Part shown: positions 1 through 11,942 of the stretch, piece by piece
How positions within the stretch are numbered: the stretch's first letter is position 1
Layout of the letters: every line of letters begins with the position of its first letter
Origin: Pelomyxa schiedti
Lineage: Eukaryota > Protista > Evosea
Length of the DNA: 64,000 nucleotides
Reading direction: 5' to 3'
Assembly: GCA_020536535.1 (NCBI GenBank)
Contig: JAHLWZ010000173.1
Location: forward strand, 1 to 64,000
Position numbers and translations under genes: made by a program
Notes under the pieces: model-generated
What the model was told of the DNA's origin: nothing
The model's database searches: none
The model's input: the letters and a program-made list of their open reading frames with translations, nothing else

Positions 1-15
1 TTTATTATTTTCCAG

Positions 16-2090
16 CGGCAGGTGTTGGCCTGCCCTACAAGCAGGAAGCAGACAACATCAGAATTTGCCCTGTCCCTCCCGACTTACACAACATTCTTGG
101 CACTGTCACCCACACTCCAGCTACCATTTGGATGTGGTGGGGTGGAACGTGGGGCCAGTTCAGTGGCCGAGAATTAATTCGTGAGTTGTTCAATAACCTG
201 CAGACTAAATTTAACAAACTTACAACAAGAATCTTCCAAGTGGCATGTATATAGTATACCAGAAATGGAGAACATTGACAAAGCATTGCAAGCAAAAGAA
301 AGAGTGGGCGCGATTAATAGTCACTATAACATCGATTTTCAGTCAATGCGCCAAATGAAAAAGTCTAATGAGTTTCACTCTCGTCCTGTAGAGAAGATAC
401 AAGTAGTTTGGCTCTGGGCAAAGGAAACCTCCACTAGCCAAAAAGTTTGGCTTCCTTATGATCCAGTCATTTCACGCCAGTTGGAGCTGGCATTGCTGAA
501 TTCTGAACCGCATTGTATTATCAAGCCTGCAAGTGCCACCTTCACTTATGATGTGAACTTGGTGCAAATGTGTCAGTATAGGCAAGGAATGAAATTCAAT
601 CGAAGAGATATTTGTCGAGTGGGTCCCCCTCTTATATCTGATCATCTGCAAAATATCAAGGTATTTTGATGTAATTCAGTCCTCGGATTTTATTGTTTAC
701 AAGAAGTTTTCTAGATCGCTGGGGAACTAGTGTCTCTGAGAGATTGTATTCCTGACTACTGGGCACCAATCTGTGAAGTGAACCACCAAGTAGTAAACTT
801 GGACCTATCTTCCCCAGAAGCTAAAAAGATTAGCAAACTTATGAATGACACAATATGTGCTGGTGGCCGTATGTCTCGTAAAACATTTAGCTTTTCCTGA
901 TTCCCTTCAGACCACGATATCCATGGCTTAAATAGAAAAACACAACGTGACCCAGTCCACTACACACCCATTTCAATAAAGTATTCCCCCTGTAATATCT
1001 ATACGAGTCAACTCTGAAATGCATCATTTCCCTTAGGAGAATACAATCGTGGCGTCTTTGGAAAGTGTATTCTGCCAAGACTAAAGAAATGATGGCATCT
1101 TGGGGTAAAAANNNNNNNNNNNNNNNNNNNNNNNNNNNNNNNNNNNNNNNNNNNNNNNNNNNNNNNNNNNNNNNNNNNNNNNNNNNNNNNNNNNNNNNNN
1201 NNNNNNNNNNNTGTAATATCTATACGAGTCAACTCTGAAATGCATCATTTCCCTTAGGAGAATACAATCGTGGCGTCTTTGGAAAGTGTATTCTGCCAAG
1301 ACTAAAGAAATGATGGCATCTTGGGGTAAAAAGCTCGAGGCTTTGGAATGTTCCACGGTAACTTTCTGCCTCATTCCCATCTTATACTTCAGTAGTATCT
1401 CAAGACAAGACCCCTTTCCATGCCACTGATAGATACTGCGGCTAACGAGTTCTACCTTTGGCATGGCCCTAATATTGATTTCGCCAAGCTAATTTTGAGT
1501 ACTGGAACCAATTTTGACAATAGACTGGCAAATGCTGATACGGGGTACTTAGTCCCACTCTCCTCGCTCCCTTTGATTTATTTTACTTTTTTCCCCTGCA
1601 AAAACAGTATGTTTGGTGCTGGCTTGTATTTTGCCCAGAATTTTTCCAAGTCCAATCAGTATGCCCCCTGCCCGCTCTGTGGAAATGGTTCAATAGGTAT
1701 GCATCTCAGGTTCTTAGTTCCAAATATAAATTTCCGAACAGCAAAACCACCTTGTGATTGTGAGGAGCCGGCAGCAATAACAGAGGACAATGCGTACATG
1801 ATGTTGCTTTGCCGAGTTGCAATGGGACATTTTTGTACGAGACCATCCTTTTTCGTACTGAACCTTACATTAATTAAATAGATATCTCCAGTGGGGACAG
1901 TAGCAAAGTCAGGTCCTTTGGTTACCAGGGGCCTGTTATTGAATCAGGAGAATTTAAGTCCAGGAATTACGATTCTGTGCTTGGAGAGAGTGGTGTCTAC
2001 GGCAACCCCGAGCTACGCTACCGTGAAGTTATTCTCTATGACAGGGCACTTGTCTACCCAGAATATGTAATCTTCTACAAACGGGCCTAA
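16..2090 (+). CDS. Tandem-WWE + PARP catalytic domain protein (tankyrase-like catalytic domain); spliced, 5' end outside the window
   Basis: Two WWE-like units (IWMWW...KWHVYS...YNIDFQSMRQ and WLWAKE...WLPYDPVISRQLELA...YDVNLVQMCQ). PARP motifs NEFYLWHG, MFGAGLYFAQNFSKSNQY, MLLCRVAMG and YDSVLG...LRYREVILYDRALVYPEYVIFY; stop TAA at 2088-2090. The gene is interrupted by the N gap. Confidence 0.9.
991..1332. repeat. Exact 121-bp duplication (991-1111 = 1212-1332) flanking a 100-N scaffold gap; probable assembly artefact
   Basis: The sequence is identical on both sides of the gap. Collapsing it restores the PARP exon RIQSWRLWKVYSAKTKEMMASWGKKLEALEC. Confidence 0.9.
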
Positions 2091-2236
2091 TAACAACTGC
2101 AGCTGTGTAATTACCCAAACCCACACTCGTCAATCCACCTAGGAGAGGGGAGCACCCTCTATTATTGTAACTCCTTTGAATACACAAATCAATCAAAAAA
2201 ACCGAAACAACCGATAGGGAAAAGAAAAACAAAGTG

Positions 2237-2965
2237 ATGGGAGGATTCGTGGTGCTTGGTTTGTGTGCCGTTGGGGCTGCGGCGGTGGTTGGGCTGTTTT
2301 GCGCGTACGCGCTGCCCAAGCCCCTTGTGCGCGCCGTCGCCAGGCACTACCCCAAGGTGCTGTTCTACGCGGGGCCACACGTGGTGGGCGCCCGGCGCGT
2401 CGTGGGCCTCACGATCGACGACGCGCCCTACGGCGGGGCGCAGTCGACGGCGGAGATCGCGGGGGTGCTGGCCAGGTGGGGCGCGCGGGCCACGTGGTTC
2501 GTGATCGGGGCCAGCGCCCAGGCGCACCCCCAGGCCCTGCGCGACCTGGCCGCCGCCGGCCACGAGCTCGGCAACCACACCATGCACAACCGCTCCTCCG
2601 TGAAGCTGCCCGAGGCCGAGCTCCACGACGACGTGCAGGCCACCAGCGGCGTGATCGAGGCGGCGCTGGGCGGCGGCTACAAGGTGCGGTGGTTCAGGCC
2701 CGGCCACGGGTGGTTCGACGACAAGGTGATGAGGGTGGCGGAGCGGCTGGGGCTGAGGGTGGCCCTGGGCAGCGTGTACCCCCACGACCCGTTCCTGACG
2801 TGGGCCAGGCTCAACGCCGCCGTGCTGTCGACCGCGGAGCCGGGCGACGTCGTGATCGTGCACGACAGGCCGTGGACGGCGGCGATGCTGGACATCGCGC
2901 TGAGGGGGTGGGAGGCCAGGGGAATCAGGGCAGTCACGTTGTCTGAGCTGGTGCACGCCAGTTAA
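2237..2965 (+). CDS. Polysaccharide deacetylase (CE4/NodB homology), intronless, with N-terminal membrane anchor
   Basis: Motifs LTIDDAP, ATWFVIG, HELGNHT, RWFRPGHG, LGSVYPHD and VVIVHDR; hydrophobic N-terminus. Confidence 0.92.
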   Translation: MGGFVVLGLCAVGAAAVVGLFCAYALPKPLVRAVARHYPKVLFYAGPHVVGARRVVGLTIDDAPYGGAQSTAEIAGVLARWGARATWFVIGASAQAHPQALRDLAAAGHELGNHTMHNRSSVKLPEAELHDDVQATSGVIEAALGGGYKVRWFRPGHGWFDDKVMRVAERLGLRVALGSVYPHDPFLTWARLNAAVLSTAEPGDVVIVHDRPWTAAMLDIALRGWEARGIRAVTLSELVHAS

Positions 2966-3302
2966 CTACGTACGGGACTGCGTTTGAAAACAACACACTT
3001 GGGAGGAGGCGCACCTCTTGTATTAATGGGAAATTGTTCAACATAAAATAACGAAGAAATCCTTTTTTTATTTTTTTGGCTTAGAAATTACGCAACTTTT
3101 TTTCTAATTAATTACTGGCAACTGCACCTAATTTATCTCGTTCGCTGTTACGAAAAAAGAGAAAATTTTCGTAAAGCGAGGGTCGGCATCGCACCACCGG
3201 AGTCCCCGTCCAACAAACCAGGAGTCTTTCATTTGCAATGGTACCACACCGCGACGATGCATCGTTTTTATTTTTCCTATTTCGCTTTTTTGCGCCCTGG
3301 GC

Positions 3303-3850
3303 ATGGTGGCCTTCGGCGTTTTTTTTTTCCCCGTGGGACCATCGTTCCCCCCCCCGAGGTGTTGTTCACAAAACTCACTCTGCTTCAGGCCAAGAGAACA
3401 AAAAAGGTAGGCATTGTTGGCAAGTACGGCACAAGATATGGTGCCAGCTTGAGGAAACAAGCAAAGAAAATCGAAGCTGCAGCACACGCAAAGTACACGT
3501 GCCCATTTTGTGGCAAGGTTTATTTTATTCCCCTGACTCTGCTAATTCGGCATAACTCCACACTGCCAACGGCACCCTTACCGCACACACCGACCTTTCA
3601 AATGCATACCGGTACACTCACACTACACCCAGGATAACGTCAAGAGACAAGCCTTGGGAATCTGGCATTGCAATTCTTGTCGAAGAACAATTGCCGGGGG
3701 TGCTTGGATTCTCAGGTTCATTTTCCCATCCTTTCCTTTTTTCCTTCTCCTTTTACCGTAACAATACACTCACATTGTCGTAGCACAACCGCCGGAGCCA
3801 CAGTCCGAAGCACAATTCGACGTCTCAGAGAGCTTAAGGAAATCCACTAA
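3303..3850 (+). CDS. RPL37A: 60S ribosomal protein eL43 (L37a), 4 exons
   Basis: ATG at 3303; introns 3306-3388, 3518-3632 and 3716-3783. Spliced product: [24 protein letters not shown]...[52 protein letters not shown]. Confidence 0.97.
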
Positions 3851-4074
3851 ATGTTTGAGGAAAGGGGTCAACCCTCCACTAGAATACTATGCCAAAAGCC
3901 ACCAATTTGAACATTAAAAAAAAAGGGACAACTCCCTTGGTGTGATGTTGGAAAAGTCGAATAACATTTTTTTTTTTTGAACTTGAGTGGTAACAAAACT
4001 TCATTCACAGGTTGTTTAGTGGGCTGCGATTGGGTGTTTTTGTACTCCAATTGAGCTCAGAAATAATAATTTAC

Positions 4075-4966
4075 CTACAACCAAGGCTTCTTTGTGGGGT
4101 CATGCTTGTTCTTCCATTCAGTGTAGCCAGAAGAGGCTGTTTTGAAAGTTTGTGCAAAAGCGGCTGCTGAAATAGATATGGCTTGATTGATAATCCAAGT
4201 GGGGATCCAACCACGTAAATCGGCTTGGGTGAGGTACAAAAGATTACTTCCCCCGGGGGCACAAGGTGTGACCATATATCCAGTGAGGTAACTCCATCCA
4301 CGCTCACATCCTGATCTTTTAGGGTAGTCTGGTAATGTCACACTAGAATTAATTGTCAAAGAAAATATTTTGTGGAAGCGGAAGAATATAACCTATGATT
4401 CATTATAATCCATTCGTTAGGTAGAACTCTCCATGATCTCTGATTTACGAAATCCCGATCGCTTAGTCCAAACCCAAATTTCATTCTATAGTATCCCACA
4501 TCATCATTGACTCCTCCAATTCTTCTTATGTCATAACCTTCCACCATGTATTTATCCCAAACAGTCCTAAGAAAAATATAGGAAGCGATGTAAGCGGTGC
4601 TCTAAGGTGAACCTGTATTCAGGATCATGTAGAACATCGTAGACCACTTCAGGATTTTCAGGCAACCACACAGCTATTCTGCCCATCTTGACAGCAGATT
4701 GGCTGGTCTGCTTCACCCAGACCTTTGAATGAAGTTGAGTAAAGAGCAAGAGCAATATCCGAAATAAAAAGTGTGGTTTTTACAGTCACGCGAGCAGCCG
4801 AGTCCTCATACTTCTTTATCCAGCCTCCTCCATCCGTATCGTTTGTGGCGGCGAGAGCCAGGGCCTTGAACTTTTCGAAGTCATCGGTGGTTGCTGGCTT
4901 CAATCCTGCAGGGTCAACCTCGGGTGCCGGTGCTGTTGCCGCCGCTGATGGGGATGACGCCGACAT
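4075..4966 (-). CDS. START-domain lipid transfer protein (StARD10/PCTP-like), spliced
   Basis: Motifs PEVVYDVLHDPEYR, DVGYYRMKFGFGLSDRDFVNQRSW, WIIMNH, SVTLPDYP, RGWSYLTGY and TQADLRGWIPTWIIN. The 3' end could be extended by another exon. Confidence 0.9.
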
Positions 4967-5582
4967 GTACTTTACGTTGAGCTGGGTGAGTACGAAGGAG
5001 TGATCACGGGAAGATCTCTGCCTACGCGGGTGAGGTGATCACGTTTTTTCGATTTTTATGAAATTTCCGTTCTCGGGTTGCGAGGCAGGGGAATTGAGAT
5101 GTAAAACGGACCAACAGCACAATTCCCTTTTCTTTGGGTTTGTTGAGCAAGTCCCACTCCCAGCAAGCAACACACCGCAGCAAAACCTAAAAAAGCAAAA
5201 AGCAGGTTGTCGCCCAGCCAACTGGGGCCACTAATTCTGACCCATAAGTTCGGACACAGGGAAATTTGTTAGTATAGACGAGGGGTCATGAGGCTTTATT
5301 TTGCCCTCCCCAACAGTTGGCACTGATAAACAATAACTTGCGGTAACTCGTATGATACTCCTCTTGGGGAGACACTGATACCACAAGTTGCGGAAAAGTC
5401 TAAAATTTCTTCTCTATCAGCGTTTGGGTGCGACACCCTTGGGGGGCTTGTGGTTCTTTTTTTTTCCTGTTCAAAAACAACACGAGACTTCCTTTTTTTA
5501 TGTTGTTTGTTGTCGGGGTTTCCGAATCAACGTTCTCGGTAAAGAAAACAACATGTACAACAGAATCGGTTTGTTACAAGAG

Positions 5583-8500
5583 TTACAGTGAGGGAAGGGG
5601 TGGCGTTATGGTATAACTTAGTGGCAGATTTAGTGTCTGAGATTGTTCTGTGGTTGTTGACTGTAGCGGTGGTGTTTCTGTCGGGGCGGTACTGAGTGCA
5701 GTGCTGTTTGTTGATATCTCGGTGTCTTGAGGTGGTGGTGCAGGGATGTCCAATGCAAGTTGTTGCATGATATCCGAGGTTAAAATGGTGGATGGGGATT
5801 GGTGCAATGTGGGGGGCGGAATCTCTGTTGTCAGGGACAGATCTAGAGGTGGTGCTGGTATCTCCTTGATGATATGCGCAAGTAAGACACTTGGCGACGC
5901 TACAAGATCCTCCAACGGAGGGAGTGGGATATCCACTTGCGGCGCAGTTGGTGCGGGAATTGCGGTGGCCCGTGGCTCCAAAGGCGGAATTGGAATCTCT
6001 AATGGAGGTGCTGTTATGGGAAGAGGAATTTCACCAGGGCATGTTGGAGCAGGTATTTCAGTGCCGGAGGATGTTGTAGGCTCGAACGTTTTGCTTTTGG
6101 GAGAATTTTTACGGAAAACAACAGTATCTATTTCCTCTCGTACTGTTGCTGAAATGTTCAGTTCCTTGATAAGATTAGAGCTACGTATTTTAACAGTGCA
6201 TAGTACGGTTTTTGCAGACTCGTGAATGTACTTGAAGTAGATGTTGAGTACTTTTGTCTGTATACAGTGTTAAACTCGAAGTAGTGGAGGGAGTTATTTC
6301 TATTATTATGTAAGTAATCATAGAAATGAAGATTTCTTACTGGATCGGATTGCAATTTTTTGTCCTTGGCAAGAGCTCTCACTTCCTGTATAAAAGAAAG
6401 ATCTAAAGGAAGTCAACAACTTGGAACGGTTGGAAAACAAACTTTCGGCTGCAAATTCCTTCCCAAGCCATTTCCTAAATGAGCTCAAAGTGGAGTCGTT
6501 TTTGAGGATAACATCCAGTCCTTTTGTGGTTAGTATTATCAAACGCAAAGGGAAGAAAAACCTGTGACCTTTTGACCCTGCTGGAAGGCCCACTTGGGTA
6601 TTAAATCAGTTTCAATTAGGTATGTTGTTTCTTTCACAGCTTTGTCAAAGATATGATAAGTTAGAGGACCACTTGAATGACTAGCTGGGGTAACTGCTGT
6701 TGGTGTAGAACTGAGAATGAAATTTGCATATTTTCTCTCTTTCATAATGTCACCTACTGACTTTTTATTCTTAGTTATTTATATTGTGGTTGCATTCATT
6801 CATATATCATTATGCCATCATGAAGTTAAGTGTTTTAAAATAGGTACACACTGATGTGAGAGGCCTTCTCAAGTCAGAGAATGACATACTTCTGGGAGAA
6901 AGCATGCCTGCTACTGACGAAATACACGTTGGAGCAGGAAGTGTGGCCGATAGAGGTGTGGGTGGTGGAAGTATCTCAGAAATTCGAGTTGGAGGAGGTA
7001 TTGAATCACTTGAAGCACATAGTGATAAAGGTGCTCCATCCACCAATGGTAGGGTGCTGGATTTTGTGCTCTCGTCAGACGGAGGTGGACAAATCGGGGA
7101 AAGAGGTGGAGGCGGGATATATTCCTGTGGGAGGGGAGGTGGAGGAATGTAAATTGAGGCACTGTCTGCTGACGATCCTATCGAGAATGTTAGATTGTAT
7201 GAAGGAAAACTGAATAACATTGTCTTATTTGAAGGCATACTTCTCTTTCTACCAAAGGATTCTGATGAGGAAAGTGAAGAAGCTGAACTAGCTATACTAT
7301 CCCTTCTCGCTATACTGTCCCTTCTTACGATACTATCTCTTCTCGGAAGAGGAGTTCCGTTCTTTGAAAAATACAGATGTGTTGGAGATGGTATCGGAAC
7401 GAATCTCGGAGAATCTTGGCGTGATTTTGCGTCACGTTGTTTCCACGCAGTAAACGATTCTCTTATCGAATCGGCATCGGGAATTGGAACTACTCTCGAT
7501 TAGAGAAGAAATCAGAAGCACAGTAATGCTTTAGGAGATGAAAAGTAGAGTTGAGAGTTGCAGGCGTACTTGGGAGTGGTTGCGGTAATGGAGGGGGAAT
7601 ATCGGCAGTCAGGTCAGGCTTTCCTATTTGTGTTTGTGATTGTGATTGCGATTGAACCTACAGGGAAATGAATTGTGGAAATTTCGTGTTTTTGGTACCA
7701 CTAGTGAGTCTTGCTTTTGCCAGTAGGCGAAAGCTGAAGATATCCTGTCACCCATCATCTTACGGGGGTCATTGCTGACAAGTACTTCACTACTGACACT
7801 GCGGGCTCTTACTCGTGCGGAGTTGCTCAAGTCGTTGGTTACACGGGCTTCAGAGGAACTTTTTCGAAGATCCCACCCACCAGTGCTCATGCCTACTTCG
7901 GCCTCGTCGCATATACTGCTGTCCAGACTGGCTGTTGAGTCACCATAGACCGAGGAATCAGTATATGAGGTGTCCGAACTTGTGCTGGAGTTATCAAATT
8001 CCAGTGATATAGGTGGCGATGATTGACTCAAAGTTTCTTGTGAGCATGCTTGTGAGTGTGATGAGGAGTGAATGCGAGTTGCATGTGAAGAGTGTGATGA
8101 GGAATGAGAGTGAGTGTGTCCATGCGGAGGTGAGCGAGACTCATGTGAGTGTGAGTGACTGTGGCTGTGACTATGGCTGTGAGAAGGCCTTCCCCTATCC
8201 CTTTTGATTTCCAAAGGAATTAGCACACCGTTTGGACTGTGAAGGAATGATATACCCTTCTTTACGCCTGAGGTCAACCTGATCCACAGAGCCCACAGAA
8301 CCACGGCGGCACAGAACCGACGATGGTGATTGCAAAATTCTTTGGGAAGCCGTTTTCCTACATCACCTCATATTAAAAACCACTGTAACAACAGCAGCAA
8401 CAACAACAATAACACAGCAAGACAGCAGCAGCATAAGAAAAAAACAGGAGGAATAAGAAGAAAATAAAGAAAAAGAAGATAGAGCAAAAATATAACCCTA

Positions 8501-9043
8501 CCGGTCGTCCTTCCGCCTGTGGTGGCCGTCGCCGTCGCCGCTGCCCCCGTCCAGGCGGTACAGCTGCAGGTCGGGGGGGACGCCGTGGGCCCTGGGCCGC
8601 CGCCCCCCCTCGATGCTGCCCCCAGGGGAGCCGGGGGGCTGGCACGCCCTGGCGCTGACGTCCGACCTGGCCCTCGCGCGCCGCGACTCGTGCTTGTCCC
8701 CTTCCCCCTGCTGCGGGGTCCCCTCCCTCTCTCCGCTGCCTCCCTCCCGCTCCCGCCTGTGCTCCCTCCCGCTCCCGCTCCCGGCCTCGTGCTGGTGCTC
8801 GTGATCGTGGTGGTGGCGGTGCCGGTGGTCGTCCTTCTCCGCAGCAGCCTTGGCGTCTCCGCAAGGAGTGCTGGCCCCCCCGCAGCCGCTATCAACCTCC
8901 CCTGGTACCTTGGTGCCGTTTTCCTCCGGGAGGGAGGCTGCTGTTGCCAATTGTGGGACGGCTGTCGCCGCGGGCGATGGGTCTTGGTCTTGGGAATTGG
9001 CTTGGTCGTGGTCGTGGCCAGCCGGCGGGGTACTGTCCCCCAT
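5583..9043 (-). CDS. Large low-complexity protein with an RGS domain and Pro-rich flanks, spliced
   Basis: Exon 1 MGDSTPP...RRKDDR ends at a GT donor near 8501 and is followed by His/Ser-rich and Pro-rich exons. RGS core GLDVILKNDSTLSSFRKWLGKEFAAESL at about 6450-6530. The exact exon chain is uncertain. Confidence 0.7.
7291..7345 (-). repeat. Coding 15-bp tandem repeat (RRDSI x3) in the RGS gene
   Basis: The minus strand reads RRDSIVRRDSIARRDSIA. Confidence 0.75.
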
Positions 9044-9128
9044 TTTTTGTTTTTGTTCCCTTTCCTGGTGTGTACTTAGTTCCGAGAACCGGCTTTTTAC
9101 TTTTTGTGGGAGGGTACAGCGGGCGGAA

Positions 9129-11942
9129 TCACGAAGCAATGCCGAGGAGATGGCGAACGTTCTTTTTCATGAGATAGAGGGGCAGGCAGCCGGCGGACAA
9201 CAGGGCTCTGTGGACGCAGGTGTTAGGGAGGTTAACTGGCGTGAATTATGGGAGAATCGTAGTTACTTGTGGAATATCCTGATGTCGAACCGTTCACCGA
9301 GCTTGGATTTGGCCTCTTGGCGTAGTTCCTGTGGTGTGTTTCGTTTAGTTTTCGTTTTTTGGGTTTTGGTTTTGGTTTTCGTTTTAGGTTTTTTTTTGGG
9401 GATTTGGATTTGAGTGGGAAAAACAAACCAAGATAGTGAGATGTCCTAGCTTATAGGCACAGGCTTGCCCCGGCATAACACAGTATCTGTCCACTTCCTC
9501 TTGTGCGAGTTCTTTACTTAATCCTACATTCTCCAGGAGAAAGGAGACTGCTTGTTCTCTTGTCCATCTGTGGGTTTTTGTCAATCATAATATGGTACAG
9601 GAGAAAGGAAATTGTATTTATACTTTTTGGAATGCAGTCCTGTATCTACCACAAGCCTGGCGGCACGAAGAAGGTCGTTTTGGATTCTACCCAAATGTTC
9701 AATGGGTGTTTGGTAGAGGCCAAGTTCCACAGACAGGGACTGCTCTGTTAAACGTTGAACTCGAATCAAGAAGATTACTTTACCTGCATAGAGAGCCCAT
9801 CCCTCCAAAAATGCGGTCAACAGAAAAGGTACATTTTTGCAAAAAATGGGTATGGGAAGGCGTTGGGCGATTGTCCTTTCAAGTAAGTGTCCCTAGTCAT
9901 ATTTAGACTTAAAGATTTACAAAGTAAAAAAAAAGTTCACAGGAAGTGCTTCATGGAATGCGATGGAAGGCATTGTAGGCTTATTGAGCTTTTCTGGATT
10001 GTGAACATCTGCATTGAATCTAGTTGTTTTAATGCATAATAGTAATTTTGCAAAGCTCACGTTGGTGGTATTGCCCCATCCAATGACGCTGGTTTTGCCT
10101 GACTTTTTTTTAATTAGAAACAAGGAATAATGTGCAAAAAAGGCTACTTACTGAGGAAGACCAGGAAAAGCAGTTGGCCGAACTACAGGGGAAACTGGTG
10201 GCAGAGCAAAAAAAGCTTTTGGTAGTGCCTCTACGGCTCTGGCAACAAATTTCTCAAAATCTTGTAAAGCAAGGTCTCTTTCATCGTGCTGATAGTGGAA
10301 CTCTGGTTTTTCAAAAAATTGTCTAAGTGCCTCAGGCTGTTCAGAATAATTTGGTAAAGACTTCAATTTCTGGAACGTCTTACATACAGGTGCCTTGCCC
10401 TCCTCGCATGCCACACCTGCATCTTGAAGAGCAGATTTTAGTTGTTTGTGGAGGATGGCAATCTCCCGAAATCCAACCTCTTAGAAAGAAAAGCATGTAA
10501 AAAGACTTAACAATGTGTATTGAGAAATACCGTGTACTTCTTCTGGAGTTATTGTAGGGTCACCAATGTGACACTTCAAGAGGTGACCATATAGCTCTGG
10601 GTTCTCAAGCCTCCAAACACCATCTCCCTAGAGACTGTTGAACGAGTGCCCTATAAAAAATGAGTAGGTACGCACCAAACCAGATTTTTGTAGTAAGTTC
10701 TCTTGGATAAAGTTGGTCAGCTGCTCAGAAGCTGAAAAAACGGGATCTAAGGATGTGACTAACTCCTTGACTAGTGATTGCTTTTGATTTTCAGAGATTT
10801 TCATGCTCGGAAGAGCACTAATCAATAACCGGCTGAGCTGTGTGCTGCCATCCACAGAAGGAACTTTCACCCTTTTTAATTGCTCACACATAATTTCCAG
10901 TGAAAATTTGGGGGGAAGAGGGGCTATAAAAATGTTAAAAGGAAAGCTGATACTCAAAAATCATACAGGAATCTAGTGTTTCCTTAAGTTGCTGAAGAAC
11001 TTTGGGTAGTTTTTTAACTCTTTCTATAAAGTACCGTGCATCTTTGGGAGATTCTATCTTATGAAAGCTTGCCAAGAACTCAAAGAGACCTCCAGGAGGG
11101 GCAGCCATATGATGACATGGGTAAACAGAAACCAGCTCTGCAAAAGGAAAGAGCTGCCTTTATTTGAGTGGAAAACAGTAAAAGGGGAATAAGCAGTACC
11201 TGGATTTGGCAACCCAAGTCAACTGCAGCAGAGATAGCCTGAAGCCACCACATGTAGCATTCCAGAGAAACCAAGTCCGAATAAGAAAAACGTTTCGCGG
11301 TTTTGGCAGGAAACAACCAACGCAAGAAAGCTAAGTGACGCCGTGGTACCCTAGAATGTGCCCTAAACGATGCAGGAGAGAAATCGTCCAAGTCTCCAGC
11401 ATATGGTGCAGCTGATAGCTTCCGTTAGTACAGGAAAAACAAAAACAACAACAATAGCAACAACGGCAACATCAACAAAAAAAACAACCCCCCCAACTCA
11501 AAGCCACAACACAGTGCCACATATAACTCAGACCAACAACTACAAATAGCAACAACAACTACTACACACAAATCCCCAGCCTCTCCAGAGGCCTCAAAGC
11601 AGACAAGAACATAGGGTGCAATATGAACCACACGAACGACAGGGTCATGGCGACCCGCGGGCCCCGCGGCCGCACCACCCCCATGCCCACCACGCTCCCC
11701 GCCAGCCCCGCCGCCACCGCCCCCGTCCACGCAGCGCACCCCCTGGCCCACTCCCACCACGTCCCCCCCGCCCCAGCGCCCGCCGCGGCCCCGAGCCCTC
11801 GCACCGCAGAGGAGGCGCCCGGCCCGAAGGCGGCCCGGTGGACTACGAGAAGGACCATGCCAACGGGGAGGCTGACCGCGAGCAGGCACAGGGAGGCCAG
11901 CAAAATCGCCACTAGCACCAGGACCCCCACGGAACGACGCAT
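9129..11942 (-). CDS. DUF885 family protein (predicted metallopeptidase-like) with N-terminal TM segments, multi-intron
   Basis: Motifs LGISAPYAGDLDDFS, IAFHEALP, AFLEGWALYA, RAARLVVDTGLH, WTREQAVSFL, EVDRYCVMPGQACAYKLG and KLGERFDIRIFHKALLSAGCLPL; stop TGA at 9129-9131. Confidence 0.9.

Noticed and set aside
991-1332. Apparent tandem exon duplication in the PARP gene
   Set aside because: It is an exact 121-bp overlap around a 100-N gap, with the same length at the second gap, so it is most simply a k-mer scaffolding artefact.
2189-2956. Long antisense and alternate-frame ORFs over GC-rich blocks (also 8368-9079, 11425-12186, 39562-40495, 60326-61346)
   Set aside because: These are shadow ORFs expected from near-100% GC3 codon usage, which removes stop codons. 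The translations are Arg/Gly/Pro-rich and carry no motifs.
5000-5043. Twice-repeated palindrome GTGATCAC upstream of the START gene; also TGTGGCGTTTGA x2 near 14620-14645 and TTTGGCGC at 12351
   Set aside because: These are plausible promoter elements, but too short and too few to support without genome-wide enrichment or TSS data.
5220-5560. Possible small exon or gene between the START and RGS genes
   Set aside because: Only short frames of about 35-55 codons are present, with no recognisable motif or consistent start.
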